A stretch of 63,262 nt of DNA, from NCBI GenBank assembly GCA_964638425.1, contig CAZWYM010000004.1:33301-96562 (forward strand), written 5' to 3'. The stretch comes from an uncultured Candidatus Saccharibacteria bacterium (lineage in GTDB: Bacteria > Patescibacteriota > Minisyncoccia > Phycocordibacterales > UBA918). A program made the translations under genes and the position numbers. Shown here piece after piece: positions 43,611-51,917 of this stretch (position 1 is the stretch's first letter; every line of letters begins with the position of its first letter). Below the pieces are notes generated by a model that saw only the letters and a list, made by a program, of their open reading frames with translations, made no database searches and had not been told where the DNA came from.

Positions 43611-44186
43611 TCAAAATGGCAATGAAAACGTCATTCTATGGTTATCCTCTGGAACCCAACCACTTGTATCAAGGGGGATTTCTCGCTTCTTAGTACCGTC
43701 TTTGTAGAGTACTTTTTTATTTTCTAGAGCAAATTCAAATATTTCTTTTGTTACCTTCACATCTTGTTTGCAGTATTTTTTGATTGATTCAATGTCACCC
43801 TCACGCCACCATTTCACTGCTTGCAAACCATTGGCAGATTTCTTTGCTCCTATTGTTGCTTGTGCTACTGAGTCGAGACGAATACGCTTACCAAGACTGA
43901 GTCGGATATCTTCGAGGAGGTCGATACTTTTAATTTGAGTCAAATCACCCGGGTAGTACTTATTGAGGAGTGGAATATCAAAATGGTTGCTGTTGTATCC
44001 AACAAGTACGTCTGCTTCTTCAAAAATTGGCCAGAGCTTTTGTAGCTCATCGTGAGTTGCGACGGTGTATGTGTCGGTACCAGAATCATACGCGCAGGCA
44101 ACAGAAATATCCAAGTCAGCTGGGTTGCTACTTTCGATGTCGGAAAAAATATTTTGAGTTTCTAGGTCAAATACTACGTATCGCAT
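43611..44186 (-). CDS. DEDD-type 3'-5' exonuclease (RNase H-like fold; PolB-exo/YprB-like)
   Basis: MRYVVFDLETQNIF (ExoI), ..LVGYNSNHFDIPLL.. (ExoII), ..KYCKQDVKVT.. (ExoIII). The track start at 44210 is TTG; the first ATG is 44186. Confidence 0.75.
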   Translation of the reverse strand: MRYVVFDLETQNIFSDIESSNPADLDISVACAYDSGTDTYTVATHDELQKLWPIFEEADVLVGYNSNHFDIPLLNKYYPGDLTQIKSIDLLEDIRLSLGKRIRLDSVAQATIGAKKSANGLQAVKWWREGDIESIKKYCKQDVKVTKEIFEFALENKKVLYKDGTKKREIPLDTSGWVPEDNHRMTFSLPF

Positions 44187-44314
44187 AAAATTACATTCTA
44201 AAATCCTCAATTACTTTGTTACCCGTCGTCGAGAGGCCGTTCATCGTATACCACATACGCCTCACGGTCTCTCTCCTTGGCTCCTCGTACTTGAGGATTT
44301 TTGAGATGTAATTT
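44187..44314 (+). repeat. Imperfect-palindrome element, copy B (128 nt)
   Basis: Basal helix aaaattacat-tct-aaaatcctcaa / ttgaggattttt-gag-atgtaattt (~21 bp with an internal loop). Box tactttgtt at 44212-20. Helix gagaggccgt/acggtctctc (one G.U). Apical tcatcgtataccacatacgcctc at 44241-63. Confidence 0.8.
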
Positions 44315-44327
44315 GAACTAGTCATAG

Positions 44328-45563
44328 TTAGTTGGAAAGTACTGTAAGCAAGTCCGCAACTGTCCCTGTCGTTTCTATTCGTGTCTCAAGCTCTTTCATG
44401 GTGAGTGTTTCTGTACCTTCTGCATTAAGGGTAAGTATGAAACGAGCACCTACTTTCTCTGCCGTTGCTTTTTTCTTGTCAGACTTTCTACCGCTTATGT
44501 CTGTCGAGACACGGATTCCTGCTGAACGAAATTCTTGTGCAATCTTTTGAGCCTCTAAATTAAGTGAATCATTCTCTGGAATAATGATGAGTGTCGGTGC
44601 GGTGATACCAATATGCTTAGGGAGGAGATTGTGGGTTTCGAGGAAATCGCGCATGGTTACGTCTCCCATACCAAATCCTATACCTGAAATTGGTTCACCA
44701 TCAAAGAGTGAGGTGAGGTTGTCGTAGCGCCCACCACCAATGAGTGACCGGTTGTTCTCCTTTGAGGTGTCAAAGATTTCAAAGATAACTCCTGTGTAGT
44801 AATTGAAACCACGTACCGTTGAAGGAGAGAAACGAACGTTAGTGATACCGAGAGCTTTGAGTGCATCAACAACCTGCGCAAGCTTACTTCCTGGGATAAT
44901 TTCGCTCGGTGGAACAAAAGGCTTACCCGCTATTTTTTCGGCTTCCTCGTCAAAATTATCTATCTTTTCCTTTCGGTCCATGAGGGCAAGAAGGGCATTG
45001 CTCTGCTCATGTGAGAATCCTTCTTTCTTAAAAATTTCATTGAGCCACGCTCGATCATTGAGACGAACTTCAAATGCATCAGGATTTGTTCCAAATGCAG
45101 TAAGTACCGAATAGGCAAGGGTAATCATTTCTATATCGGCAGAAATATCGTCAACGCCAAACATATCGCAGTTAAGTTGCCAGTGTTCTCGAAGTCGTCC
45201 GCGTTGTGGTCGTTCATATCTAAAGAGATTAGGAATTGAGTACCAACGAATAGGGAGTGAGAGTTCACGTCTTCGTCCGGCCACCATACGTGCAACCGTA
45301 GGGGTCATTTCTGGCCGGAGAGTCACTTCACGATCACCTCGGTCGGTAAAGGTGTATGTTTGGTCATTGATTATTTCTTCATTTTCAACGCTCTTACTTC
45401 GGTAGAGTTCTGAAGGCTCAAGAACGGATGCGTCATAACGCTCGAATCCAAACGATTCTGCCGTTTTTGACCAGGTATCAAAAATATACCGCAGAACTGC
45501 CATGTCCTCTGGATAGAAGTCTCGTGTTCCTTTATAGGGCTCTGTGCTCAATTTTTTCTCCAT
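44328..45563 (-). CDS. hisS: Histidyl-tRNA synthetase
   Basis: ..LRPEMTPTVARM.., ..RYERPQRGRLREHWQ.., ..IGGGGRYDNL.. and an anticodon-binding C-terminus. Confidence 0.93.
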   Translation of the reverse strand: MEKKLSTEPYKGTRDFYPEDMAVLRYIFDTWSKTAESFGFERYDASVLEPSELYRSKSVENEEIINDQTYTFTDRGDREVTLRPEMTPTVARMVAGRRRELSLPIRWYSIPNLFRYERPQRGRLREHWQLNCDMFGVDDISADIEMITLAYSVLTAFGTNPDAFEVRLNDRAWLNEIFKKEGFSHEQSNALLALMDRKEKIDNFDEEAEKIAGKPFVPPSEIIPGSKLAQVVDALKALGITNVRFSPSTVRGFNYYTGVIFEIFDTSKENNRSLIGGGRYDNLTSLFDGEPISGIGFGMGDVTMRDFLETHNLLPKHIGITAPTLIIIPENDSLNLEAQKIAQEFRSAGIRVSTDISGRKSDKKKATAEKVGARFILTLNAEGTETLTMKELETRIETTGTVADLLTVLSN

Positions 45564-45616
45564 AATGTGATACTCGATTGTAAGGGAAAGTTAGCGTTTA
45601 GGGAAGTCAGCCTTCA

Positions 45617-46177
45617 TTATACCTCGGTACCGGTATGAGTAGCTGTGGCGGTTACTTCTCTACGCACAGGGTCACTTCCATTGAAAATGAGGCTTTTAAT
45701 TCCTGCGGGGTTTGGAAGTCCATGAGCAATAAAATTGTTAATCTCGCTCGCATTTTGTATCTCTAGACTCCCGTAATTAAACATAGTCGCAATAATCCCG
45801 TTTACAGAGACGATGACATCCTGAACGCGCTCAAGTCTGAAACTCGCAGTATTTCTAAAGAAAAATCCTCGCTGGTCTACAGCGATGACGCGCTTATTGG
45901 TAATCGTCCATACGTCGAGATAGTAGTTAGTCCAGATACTGAAAAGAAGCATCCATAAGATGACAAGCCACGCTGAGTAGAGTGAGATGAGGATGGGGTA
46001 ACTCAGCGATACTTGAATGAGTGGGACGGGGAGCGACTTGAGTATAGACGCAAAGAAAATAGGAAGTACCCCAAGAATAAAAATATTGAGTATCTGGAGT
46101 GAAAGGAGAAACCAGTGTTTACGAACTTGGATAACAATGTGTTCGCCCGCTTCGAGTTGTAGTTGTTCTTGAGTCAT
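45617..46177 (-). CDS. Membrane protein with a bacterial PH (bPH_2/YdbS-like) domain
   Basis: Two or three TM segments, then ..VWTITNKRVIAVDQRGFFFRNTASFRLERVQDV.. Confidence 0.65.
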   Translation of the reverse strand: MTQEQLQLEAGEHIVIQVRKHWFLLSLQILNIFILGVLPIFFASILKSLPVPLIQVSLSYPILISLYSAWLVILWMLLFSIWTNYYLDVWTITNKRVIAVDQRGFFFRNTASFRLERVQDVIVSVNGIIATMFNYGSLEIQNASEINNFIAHGLPNPAGIKSLIFNGSDPVRREVTATATHTGTEV

Positions 46178-46386
46178 ATTGAATTGAGGGCAACTGAGAA
46201 CGTAAGAAATAAAATAGCACCACCCATCAAATATACCGAGAGTGCAGTGAGTGAAATCTTTCTACTCGACCCGTAGGTAAACCAGTGATACGAAAGGAAC
46301 ACTGACTGAATCGTAAATGCGAGGAGTAGCAAAAAAAAGAGAATTTCAATCACTTGCGTGAGGACTGCGGGTACATTTTGTTCCAT
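46174..46386 (-). CDS. Small membrane protein (70 aa, 2 TM)
   Basis: Its stop overlaps the start of the PH-domain gene (ATGA). Two hydrophobic helices. Confidence 0.55.
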   Translation of the reverse strand: MEQNVPAVLTQVIEILFFLLLLAFTIQSVFLSYHWFTYGSSRKISLTALSVYLMGGAILFLTFSVALNSI

Positions 46387-46391
46387 ACCAA

Positions 46392-47150
46392 TTATTGTGC
46401 CACGAGTGAGGGCGTTGTGCGACTACATACTGTGTAGCGCGCGACTCCAAATTGATCAGGGTATGTTTGGCATGTAAACCCATGTATGAGTGCGTACCGA
46501 GCGATTGCGTCTCCTTGTTCAGGTTCATGTTCGAGTACGAGTACGCCCCTATCGGTGAGGTGTATCGGGGCGTTATCTATAATGTGAGTAATGAGTTCCA
46601 TTCCGTCTGCACCTCCATAGAGGGCGATTTCTGGTTCGTACTTTTTTACACTGTCGGCAGTTCGGTTTAGTGAAGCATCAATGTATGGAGGATTGGAAAT
46701 GATGTAATCGTACTTCTGTGTAATTTTCTCAAATAAGCTCCCTCCGTATATTTCAAACACTCGGCTACTCAGATTATTCTCTTCAATATTTCTTCGAATG
46801 GTCGGGTGGTGCATTTCGTCGATTTCTGCAAAGTCGACAGATGCGCGTGGAATATCGTTAAGTATCGCAACGCCAATACAGCCAGACCCAGCACATAGGT
46901 CGAGTATGGACACTTCATTCTCGTGAGACTGGAGTACTTTCGAAATTACTTTTTCTACCCAGAACTCGGTCTCTGTTCGGGGAATGAGCGGGCGAGAATC
47001 GAGGAAGATTTTTGTGTGGAGAAAGGGAATTGACCCAATAATATATGCGAGTGGTTCACCAGCCCTGAGACGTTCAACATCATGGAAAAATGCCTCGGTT
47101 TCAACACCTGAGTATTTTTCCTGTAATAACCACGCTTCATCTTGTGACAT
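46392..47150 (-). CDS. prmC: Release-factor glutamine N5-methyltransferase
   Basis: SAM-binding site ILDLCAGSGCIG and the NPPY motif (IISNPPYI). Confidence 0.88.
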   Translation of the reverse strand: MSQDEAWLLQEKYSGVETEAFFHDVERLRAGEPLAYIIGSIPFLHTKIFLDSRPLIPRTETEFWVEKVISKVLQSHENEVSILDLCAGSGCIGVAILNDIPRASVDFAEIDEMHHPTIRRNIEENNLSSRVFEIYGGSLFEKITQKYDYIISNPPYIDASLNRTADSVKKYEPEIALYGGADGMELITHIIDNAPIHLTDRGVLVLEHEPEQGDAIARYALIHGFTCQTYPDQFGVARYTVCSRTTPSLVAQ

Positions 47151-47193
47151 AGTATCGGACTATACGCCTTTTGTATGATAAACTCAAACAACT

Positions 47194-47925
47194 ATGTCAG
47201 AGGATATTCTCATTATTGATTCACTCACAAAGAAGTACGGTGAGAAAGTTGCGGTAAACAACCTATCACTTACGATAAAACGGGGAATGTTTTTTGGACT
47301 CCTCGGTCCAAACGGCGCAGGGAAGTCGAGTACCATCCACTGCATTACGGGAATCTCTAAAATAACCTCAGGGACTATCGTTGTCGACGGAGTAGATGTG
47401 GTACGTGAGTATAAAGAAGCTCGGAAAAAAGTAGGACTTTCGCCACAAGAATTTAATGTAGATATTTTTTCTACGAGTGCTGAGCTTCTTGATTATATGG
47501 GGGGATACTATGGTATTCCCGAAAAAGCCCGCAAGGTTCGTATCGCTGAGCTACTCACGCGGTTTGGTCTCCTTGAGCATAAAGATAAAAAATTTAAAGA
47601 ACTCTCAGGAGGATTGAAGAGAAGGCTCATCCTTGCCCGTGCGCTCGTGCACACACCAACGCTTCTCATCCTTGATGAACCAACCGCTGGGGTGGATGTG
47701 CAACAACGCCATGACTTGTGGGAATATCTCCGTGAACTCAATGCATCTGGGACTACAATCATTCTCACTTCTCACTACCTAGAAGAAATTGAAGCGTTGT
47801 GTACCGACATTGCAATCATTAACAACGGCGTCATTGTTGCGTCAGGCACAAAGGAAGAATTTACCAAAGACGGTTCAACAATCGAAAAGAAGTATCTCGA
47901 GATAACTAAAGGCGCTAATTATTAA
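47194..47925 (+). CDS. ABC transporter ATP-binding protein (ABC-2 type)
   Basis: Walker A GLLGPNGAGKSS, signature LSGGLKRR and Walker B LLILDEPTAGVD. Confidence 0.92.
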   Translation: MSEDILIIDSLTKKYGEKVAVNNLSLTIKRGMFFGLLGPNGAGKSSTIHCITGISKITSGTIVVDGVDVVREYKEARKKVGLSPQEFNVDIFSTSAELLDYMGGYYGIPEKARKVRIAELLTRFGLLEHKDKKFKELSGGLKRRLILARALVHTPTLLILDEPTAGVDVQQRHDLWEYLRELNASGTTIILTSHYLEEIEALCTDIAIINNGVIVASGTKEEFTKDGSTIEKKYLEITKGANY

Positions 47926-47930
47926 ATAGT

Positions 47931-48701
47931 ATGAACATGATTAACTGGATTGGGGTCTATACAATGGTCAGACGCGAAGCGAAGCGAACCATGCGCGTCA
48001 TGATTCAGACACTCGTGTCTCCAGTAATGTCTGCTGCATTGTATATTTTTATATTTGGACATGTTATTGGTGGGAAAATAGATACCATAGCAGGAGTTCC
48101 ATACATCACGTTTGTATTCCCGGGTATTCTCATGCTCTCCGTTATCAACGCAGCGTTTGGAAGTAGTTCGAGCTCACTCTATTTTGCGCGCTTCATGAAG
48201 AGTATTGATGAGGTACTCATTGCACCTTTTTCATACATCGAAATGATTTTTGGTTTTATGCTCGGAGCGATGATTCGTTCTATCATGGTTGCTGGGCTTA
48301 TTATTCTCGTAGGCATACTCTTTGGAGCGGTAGTTCTCCTCCATCCTGTTTCGTTCTTTCTCTACATTTCTGCAGTCGCCGCAATCTTTTCACTCCTTGG
48401 GATGCTCGTCGCACTCTGGGCGCAAGGTTTTGAACAGCTCTCTTCACTCAACACCTTTGTGATTACTCCGTTTACCTACCTTGGGGGAATCTTTTATTCA
48501 ATCACGATGTTGCCACCACTCGCGCAAACGATTACCCGCGCAAACCCATTTTTCTACTTTGTAGATGGTCTGCGGAGCTCAATGATTGGGGTAAATGAAG
48601 CAAATACATACGTCGGTCTCGTTGTCATTATTGGACTTCTTACCGCACTTATCTCGCTCATTCTCTATTTATTTAAGATTGGGTGGCGCATTCGCTCATA
48701 A
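47931..48701 (+). CDS. ABC-2 type transporter permease
   Basis: Six predicted TM segments, adjacent to the ATPase gene. Confidence 0.85.
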   Translation: MNMINWIGVYTMVRREAKRTMRVMIQTLVSPVMSAALYIFIFGHVIGGKIDTIAGVPYITFVFPGILMLSVINAAFGSSSSSLYFARFMKSIDEVLIAPFSYIEMIFGFMLGAMIRSIMVAGLIILVGILFGAVVLLHPVSFFLYISAVAAIFSLLGMLVALWAQGFEQLSSLNTFVITPFTYLGGIFYSITMLPPLAQTITRANPFFYFVDGLRSSMIGVNEANTYVGLVVIIGLLTALISLILYLFKIGWRIRS

Positions 48702-48782
48702 GCTCCTCCTCTGGGTATGCCGTAGTCCTTGTGCATAGGTCAGACCTTTTTGATAATACGTGTGTGATACACTTTGTGTACT

Positions 48783-49805
48783 ATGCGAGATAATAATGAT
48801 TTATACACGACAGTAGCTCAGCTCATGCAGAGCGGAAAGGGTATTTTAGCAGCTGATGAAAGTGATGCGACTGCGGGGAAGCGTTTGCTCCTCGCCCAAT
48901 TACCAAACTTACCAGGAAATCGCCAAGATTTTAGAGAGTTGTTATTTACAGCTCCTGGAATTGAAGAGTATCTCTCTGGTGTTATTCTCTTCGACACAAC
49001 ACTTCGTGAGAGTACGGATCAAGGTGTTCCTTTTGTAGACGTGCTTGCAGCACGAGGTATCGTACCGGGTATTAAAGTAGACAAGGGGACTACAGCTATT
49101 CCTGGTTTTGACGGGGAGGTGGTATCACAAGGTCTTGATGGCCTCGATGAACGCTTTAAGGAGTACTATACGATTGGTGCACGCTTTGCGAAGTGGCGAG
49201 CAGTTATCACCATTGGAGAAGGAATTCCTTCTGATGAGTGTATGCACATGAATGCTGAGCGTATGGCTGAGTATGCACTCGTTGCTCAAGCAAACGGTAT
49301 CGTTCCAATGGTTGAACCAGAAGTTATGTTCCCTGGTACGCACTCAATTGATGTTGCAGAAGAAGTAACCACACGAACATTAAATATTCTTTTTAGTGTT
49401 CTCAAAAAGTACCGTGTTGATCTTAAGGGTCTTATCCTCAAATCAAGTATGGTTCTTGCAGGAGACACCAACAAAGAGCAATCAACACCAGAGGAGGTTG
49501 CAGCTGCGACACTCCGTACCTTCAAATTGTCAGTCCCACGTGAAGTTGGAGGTATTGTATTTCTTTCAGGTGGGCAATCACCAAAGCGTTCAACAGAGAA
49601 CCTTCAAGCGATTGCGACATTCGGAAAGCAGGTTTGGCCAATTACATTCTCATACTCACGAGCTATCCAAGAGCCTGTCCTTACCACTTGGCAAGGAAAG
49701 CCTGAAAATGTTGCAGAAGCACAGAAGATGCTCCTCTACCGTTCACAGATGAACAGCCTCGCGCAAGTAGGAAAGTACGAAGCAGATAAAGATATCGCAA
49801 AATAA
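48783..49805 (+). CDS. Fructose-bisphosphate aldolase, class I
   Basis: ..GKGILAADESDATAGKRL.. and ..LKSSMVL.. Schiff-base aldolase family pattern. The track start at 48774 is TTG; the ATG is at 48783. Confidence 0.85.
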   Translation: MRDNNDLYTTVAQLMQSGKGILAADESDATAGKRLLLAQLPNLPGNRQDFRELLFTAPGIEEYLSGVILFDTTLRESTDQGVPFVDVLAARGIVPGIKVDKGTTAIPGFDGEVVSQGLDGLDERFKEYYTIGARFAKWRAVITIGEGIPSDECMHMNAERMAEYALVAQANGIVPMVEPEVMFPGTHSIDVAEEVTTRTLNILFSVLKKYRVDLKGLILKSSMVLAGDTNKEQSTPEEVAAATLRTFKLSVPREVGGIVFLSGGQSPKRSTENLQAIATFGKQVWPITFSYSRAIQEPVLTTWQGKPENVAEAQKMLLYRSQMNSLAQVGKYEADKDIAK

Positions 49806-49840
49806 AAAAATCCCCGAGCGAATGCTCGGGGATTTTTGTT
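49804..49840 (+). terminator. Intrinsic terminator after the aldolase gene
   Basis: aaaaaaa-tccccgagc-gaat-gctcgggga-tttttgtttttt. Confidence 0.85.
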
Positions 49841-49943
49841 TTTTGGGTCAAGTTTCTAACCTCGCTACGCTCGCTCAGAACTTTCTCCCCGGTCTCGCAG
49901 TCAGGACATTATGTATAGTCCTGACATTGCTCCGACTAGAAGA

Positions 49944-49971
49944 AATGAAAAATCGAGGTACTAACCTCGAT
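49944..49971 (-). terminator. Intrinsic terminator after rpmG
   Basis: On the minus strand: atcgagg-ttagta-cctcgat-ttttcattt. Confidence 0.7.
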
Positions 49972-49975
49972 TTTG

Positions 49976-50149
49976 CTATTTCTTCTCCTTATAAACAGTG
50001 TGTTTTTGTGCTACTGGGTTGAATTTCTTGAATTCAAACTTCTTATCTGCATGCTTCTTCTTATTCTTTCGTGTGTAGTAAGTATGACCTTTTCCAACAC
50101 CTTTAGAATCGCCCTGCGATACGAGTTTTATTAGTTTATCCTGTGACAT
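49976..50149 (-). CDS. rpmG: 50S ribosomal protein L33
   Basis: 57-aa Lys-rich MSQDKLIKLVSQ......KGHTYYTRKNKK....K.EFKKFNPV..KHTVYKE. The upstream part of the track ORF overlaps truB and is rejected. Confidence 0.8.
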   Translation of the reverse strand: MSQDKLIKLVSQGDSKGVGKGHTYYTRKNKKKHADKKFEFKKFNPVAQKHTVYKEKK

Positions 50150-50202
50150 AGTGTGATGATAGTACCAAACAGAGCCGTATAAGTCAAACCCAACTTTCGG
50201 TA

Positions 50203-51036
50203 CTAGAAACGAGTGGTCCAAGTGCCAAAGTTTCCAATAATTCTACGGTAGGTCCCAATCTTTGTGCGGTGAATAGAGTACGCAAGCCCTGAGGTTCCGA
50301 GCATGTGGGCTATATGTTCAGCAAGTGAACGCATGTATGTCCCCGAGGAGGCAATACACGTGATTGATACTATTTGGTATACGTCGGCACCATCCTGTGC
50401 AAATTGTTCCCATGACTTTCTCACTTCCTCTCGCCTAAAATCTGCCCCGAGTGCTTTTTTAGGGTCGCTTACCCGGGGAATTGTCTCAATTTTTTTTGTT
50501 ACGGTATCTACAACTTCTTGCTTTGGCACGGTGCGGATATCTCGAAGGGTGAGTTTGTGTATGTGAGAACTTTTTTTAGGTATCTCTATTTCATTCAGTC
50601 GATTTTCAAGAGTCCATGTATGGAGGGGTTTGCCCTGAACGGTTTTTGAAGAAAAGTGAGGATAGGGGAGCGTGATAGTACCAACACACTGTGAGAGTGC
50701 GTTAAGAATTGCTTCTTTCGGTGCCACCTTACTTTGAGTATCCTTCAGAAGTCCGAGGACGTCACCGGTGTCAGAAGATGTTCCGAAAAGGATTTCCACC
50801 TCGTACTCTTTATCAAACGCATGATACTTCTCTTGCACCTTACACTCATCTCCTACGAGGATGAGGAGCTTCCCCGATGCCATAGGGTCTAGTCTCCCTG
50901 CGTACGCAAGGGGGATTGATGCATCGAGGTGGTGCTCATCGCGGAGTCGTTCAAGTGCCACAAGTGGTGTTTCGCCAACTTCTTTAGTTGTTGTGAGATA
51001 GCGGGGAAGTTTCTTTGAGGGTGAAGGATGAGACAT
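50203..51036 (-). CDS. truB: tRNA pseudouridine synthase (TruB-like)
   Basis: ..VGETPLVALERLR.....PLAYAGRLDPMASGKLLILVGDE.. has the catalytic Asp motif. The start is ATG 51036 or 51054. The longer track ORF runs through a terminator hairpin. Confidence 0.75.
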   Translation of the reverse strand: MSHPSPSKKLPRYLTTTKEVGETPLVALERLRDEHHLDASIPLAYAGRLDPMASGKLLILVGDECKVQEKYHAFDKEYEVEILFGTSSDTGDVLGLLKDTQSKVAPKEAILNALSQCVGTITLPYPHFSSKTVQGKPLHTWTLENRLNEIEIPKKSSHIHKLTLRDIRTVPKQEVVDTVTKKIETIPRVSDPKKALGADFRREEVRKSWEQFAQDGADVYQIVSITCIASSGTYMRSLAEHIAHMLGTSGLAYSIHRTKIGTYRRIIGNFGTWTTRF

Positions 51037-51063
51037 GTGTGTACAGTTATACATCTTGTTGGG

Positions 51064-51096
51064 GCAAAAATAAACCGCAAGCGTTGCTTGCGGTTC
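51064..51096 (-). terminator. Intrinsic terminator after the 55-aa ORF and upstream of truB
   Basis: On the minus strand: aaccgcaagc-aac-gcttgcggtt-tattttt. Confidence 0.7.
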
Positions 51097-51112
51097 TTCA
51101 CATACGTGAAGG

Positions 51113-51280
51113 TTAGAACATTTCTGCTTGCTTTTGTGTTCCGTCAGAGTGCTCGGTCGCCTCATCATTATGAGGTATTTGTCCGTGTGTATCTGGGGAG
51201 GTTTTTTTGCTCACATGACTATTCATGTTGGACTGAGCAATGCGTGCTTCTCGTTTCTGTTTGTACTGGCTTGGGTTCAT
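51113..51280 (-). CDS. Candidate small ORF (55 aa, hydrophilic): MNPSQYKQKREARIAQSNMNSHVSKKTSPDTHGQIPHNDEATEHSDGTQKQAEMF
   Basis: Not in the track. ATG 51280 is preceded by cAGGAGaactga. The TAA stop is followed on the minus strand by a hairpin aaccgcaagc/gcttgcggtt plus a T-run. Confidence 0.35.
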   Translation of the reverse strand: MNPSQYKQKREARIAQSNMNSHVSKKTSPDTHGQIPHNDEATEHSDGTQKQAEMF

Positions 51281-51398
51281 TCAGTTCTCCTGTGCTTTGT
51301 GTGGTCTTTCTCAAGTACTAAGAGGATACTTAGCTTGAAAGACGAAAATATACTCTAAAATTTGTCTTAAGTCAAGACGAGACGTGTGTCTTTTTATA

Positions 51399-51427
51399 CA
51401 AAAACAGCAATCATTTTATGATTGCTG
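51399..51427 (-). terminator. Intrinsic terminator
   Basis: On the minus strand: cagcaatcat-aaa-atgattgctg-ttttt. Confidence 0.75.
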
Positions 51428-51452
51428 TATGTGTTTGGTTTATTGAACAGTA

Positions 51453-51764
51453 CTATGATGCCTGTTGCGTTGGAAGGCAAAGTCTACATATTACTTGGGT
51501 CCCAAGATTGGAGAGTTTTTCAATGACTACATTAAACGTTTCGGTTATCTTAGCAATGAGCCTTTCGATTTCCGTCTTTTGTGTTTCATTGAGGACTCTG
51601 TAGCCACCCCTCTTTTTGACTTTAGGGCCACCATTTCCAATGACTAACTTGACGCTATTGCCGACGCGTTCGCATTTGTAACCGAATTCCTGGTGTTCTA
51701 GGAGCCATTTTTTGACGTGCTGTTCAATTTTTTTAACTAATTCGTGATTAGTAACCTTTTTCAT
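51453..51764 (-). CDS. Hypothetical protein (103 aa, basic)
   Basis: ATG 51764 is preceded by agatGAGGGGtaaaaa. A minus-strand terminator lies downstream at 51399-51427. Confidence 0.6.
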   Translation of the reverse strand: MKKVTNHELVKKIEQHVKKWLLEHQEFGYKCERVGNSVKLVIGNGGPKVKKRGGYRVLNETQKTEIERLIAKITETFNVVIEKLSNLGTQVICRLCLPTQQAS

Positions 51765-51917
51765 TTTTTACCCCTCATCTGTACTCTGTGAAATAACATG
51801 TTCTACTATAGAACGGCAACACTATAGCACCACCATCTGTACACGACAAGGACACCTCATAATCAGGCGAGTAAGTATTAATTGTCAGATACGTCTAGAG
51901 TAACGTAATATGTATGT

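Noticed and set aside
50150-50221. N-terminal extension of the L33 ORF (track start 50221), and the 5' extension of truB up to 51168.
   Set aside because: The L33 extension overlaps the truB 3' end and adds non-L33 sequence. The truB extension crosses a terminator hairpin (51073-95) and the 55-aa ORF. Family homology starts at the internal ATGs.
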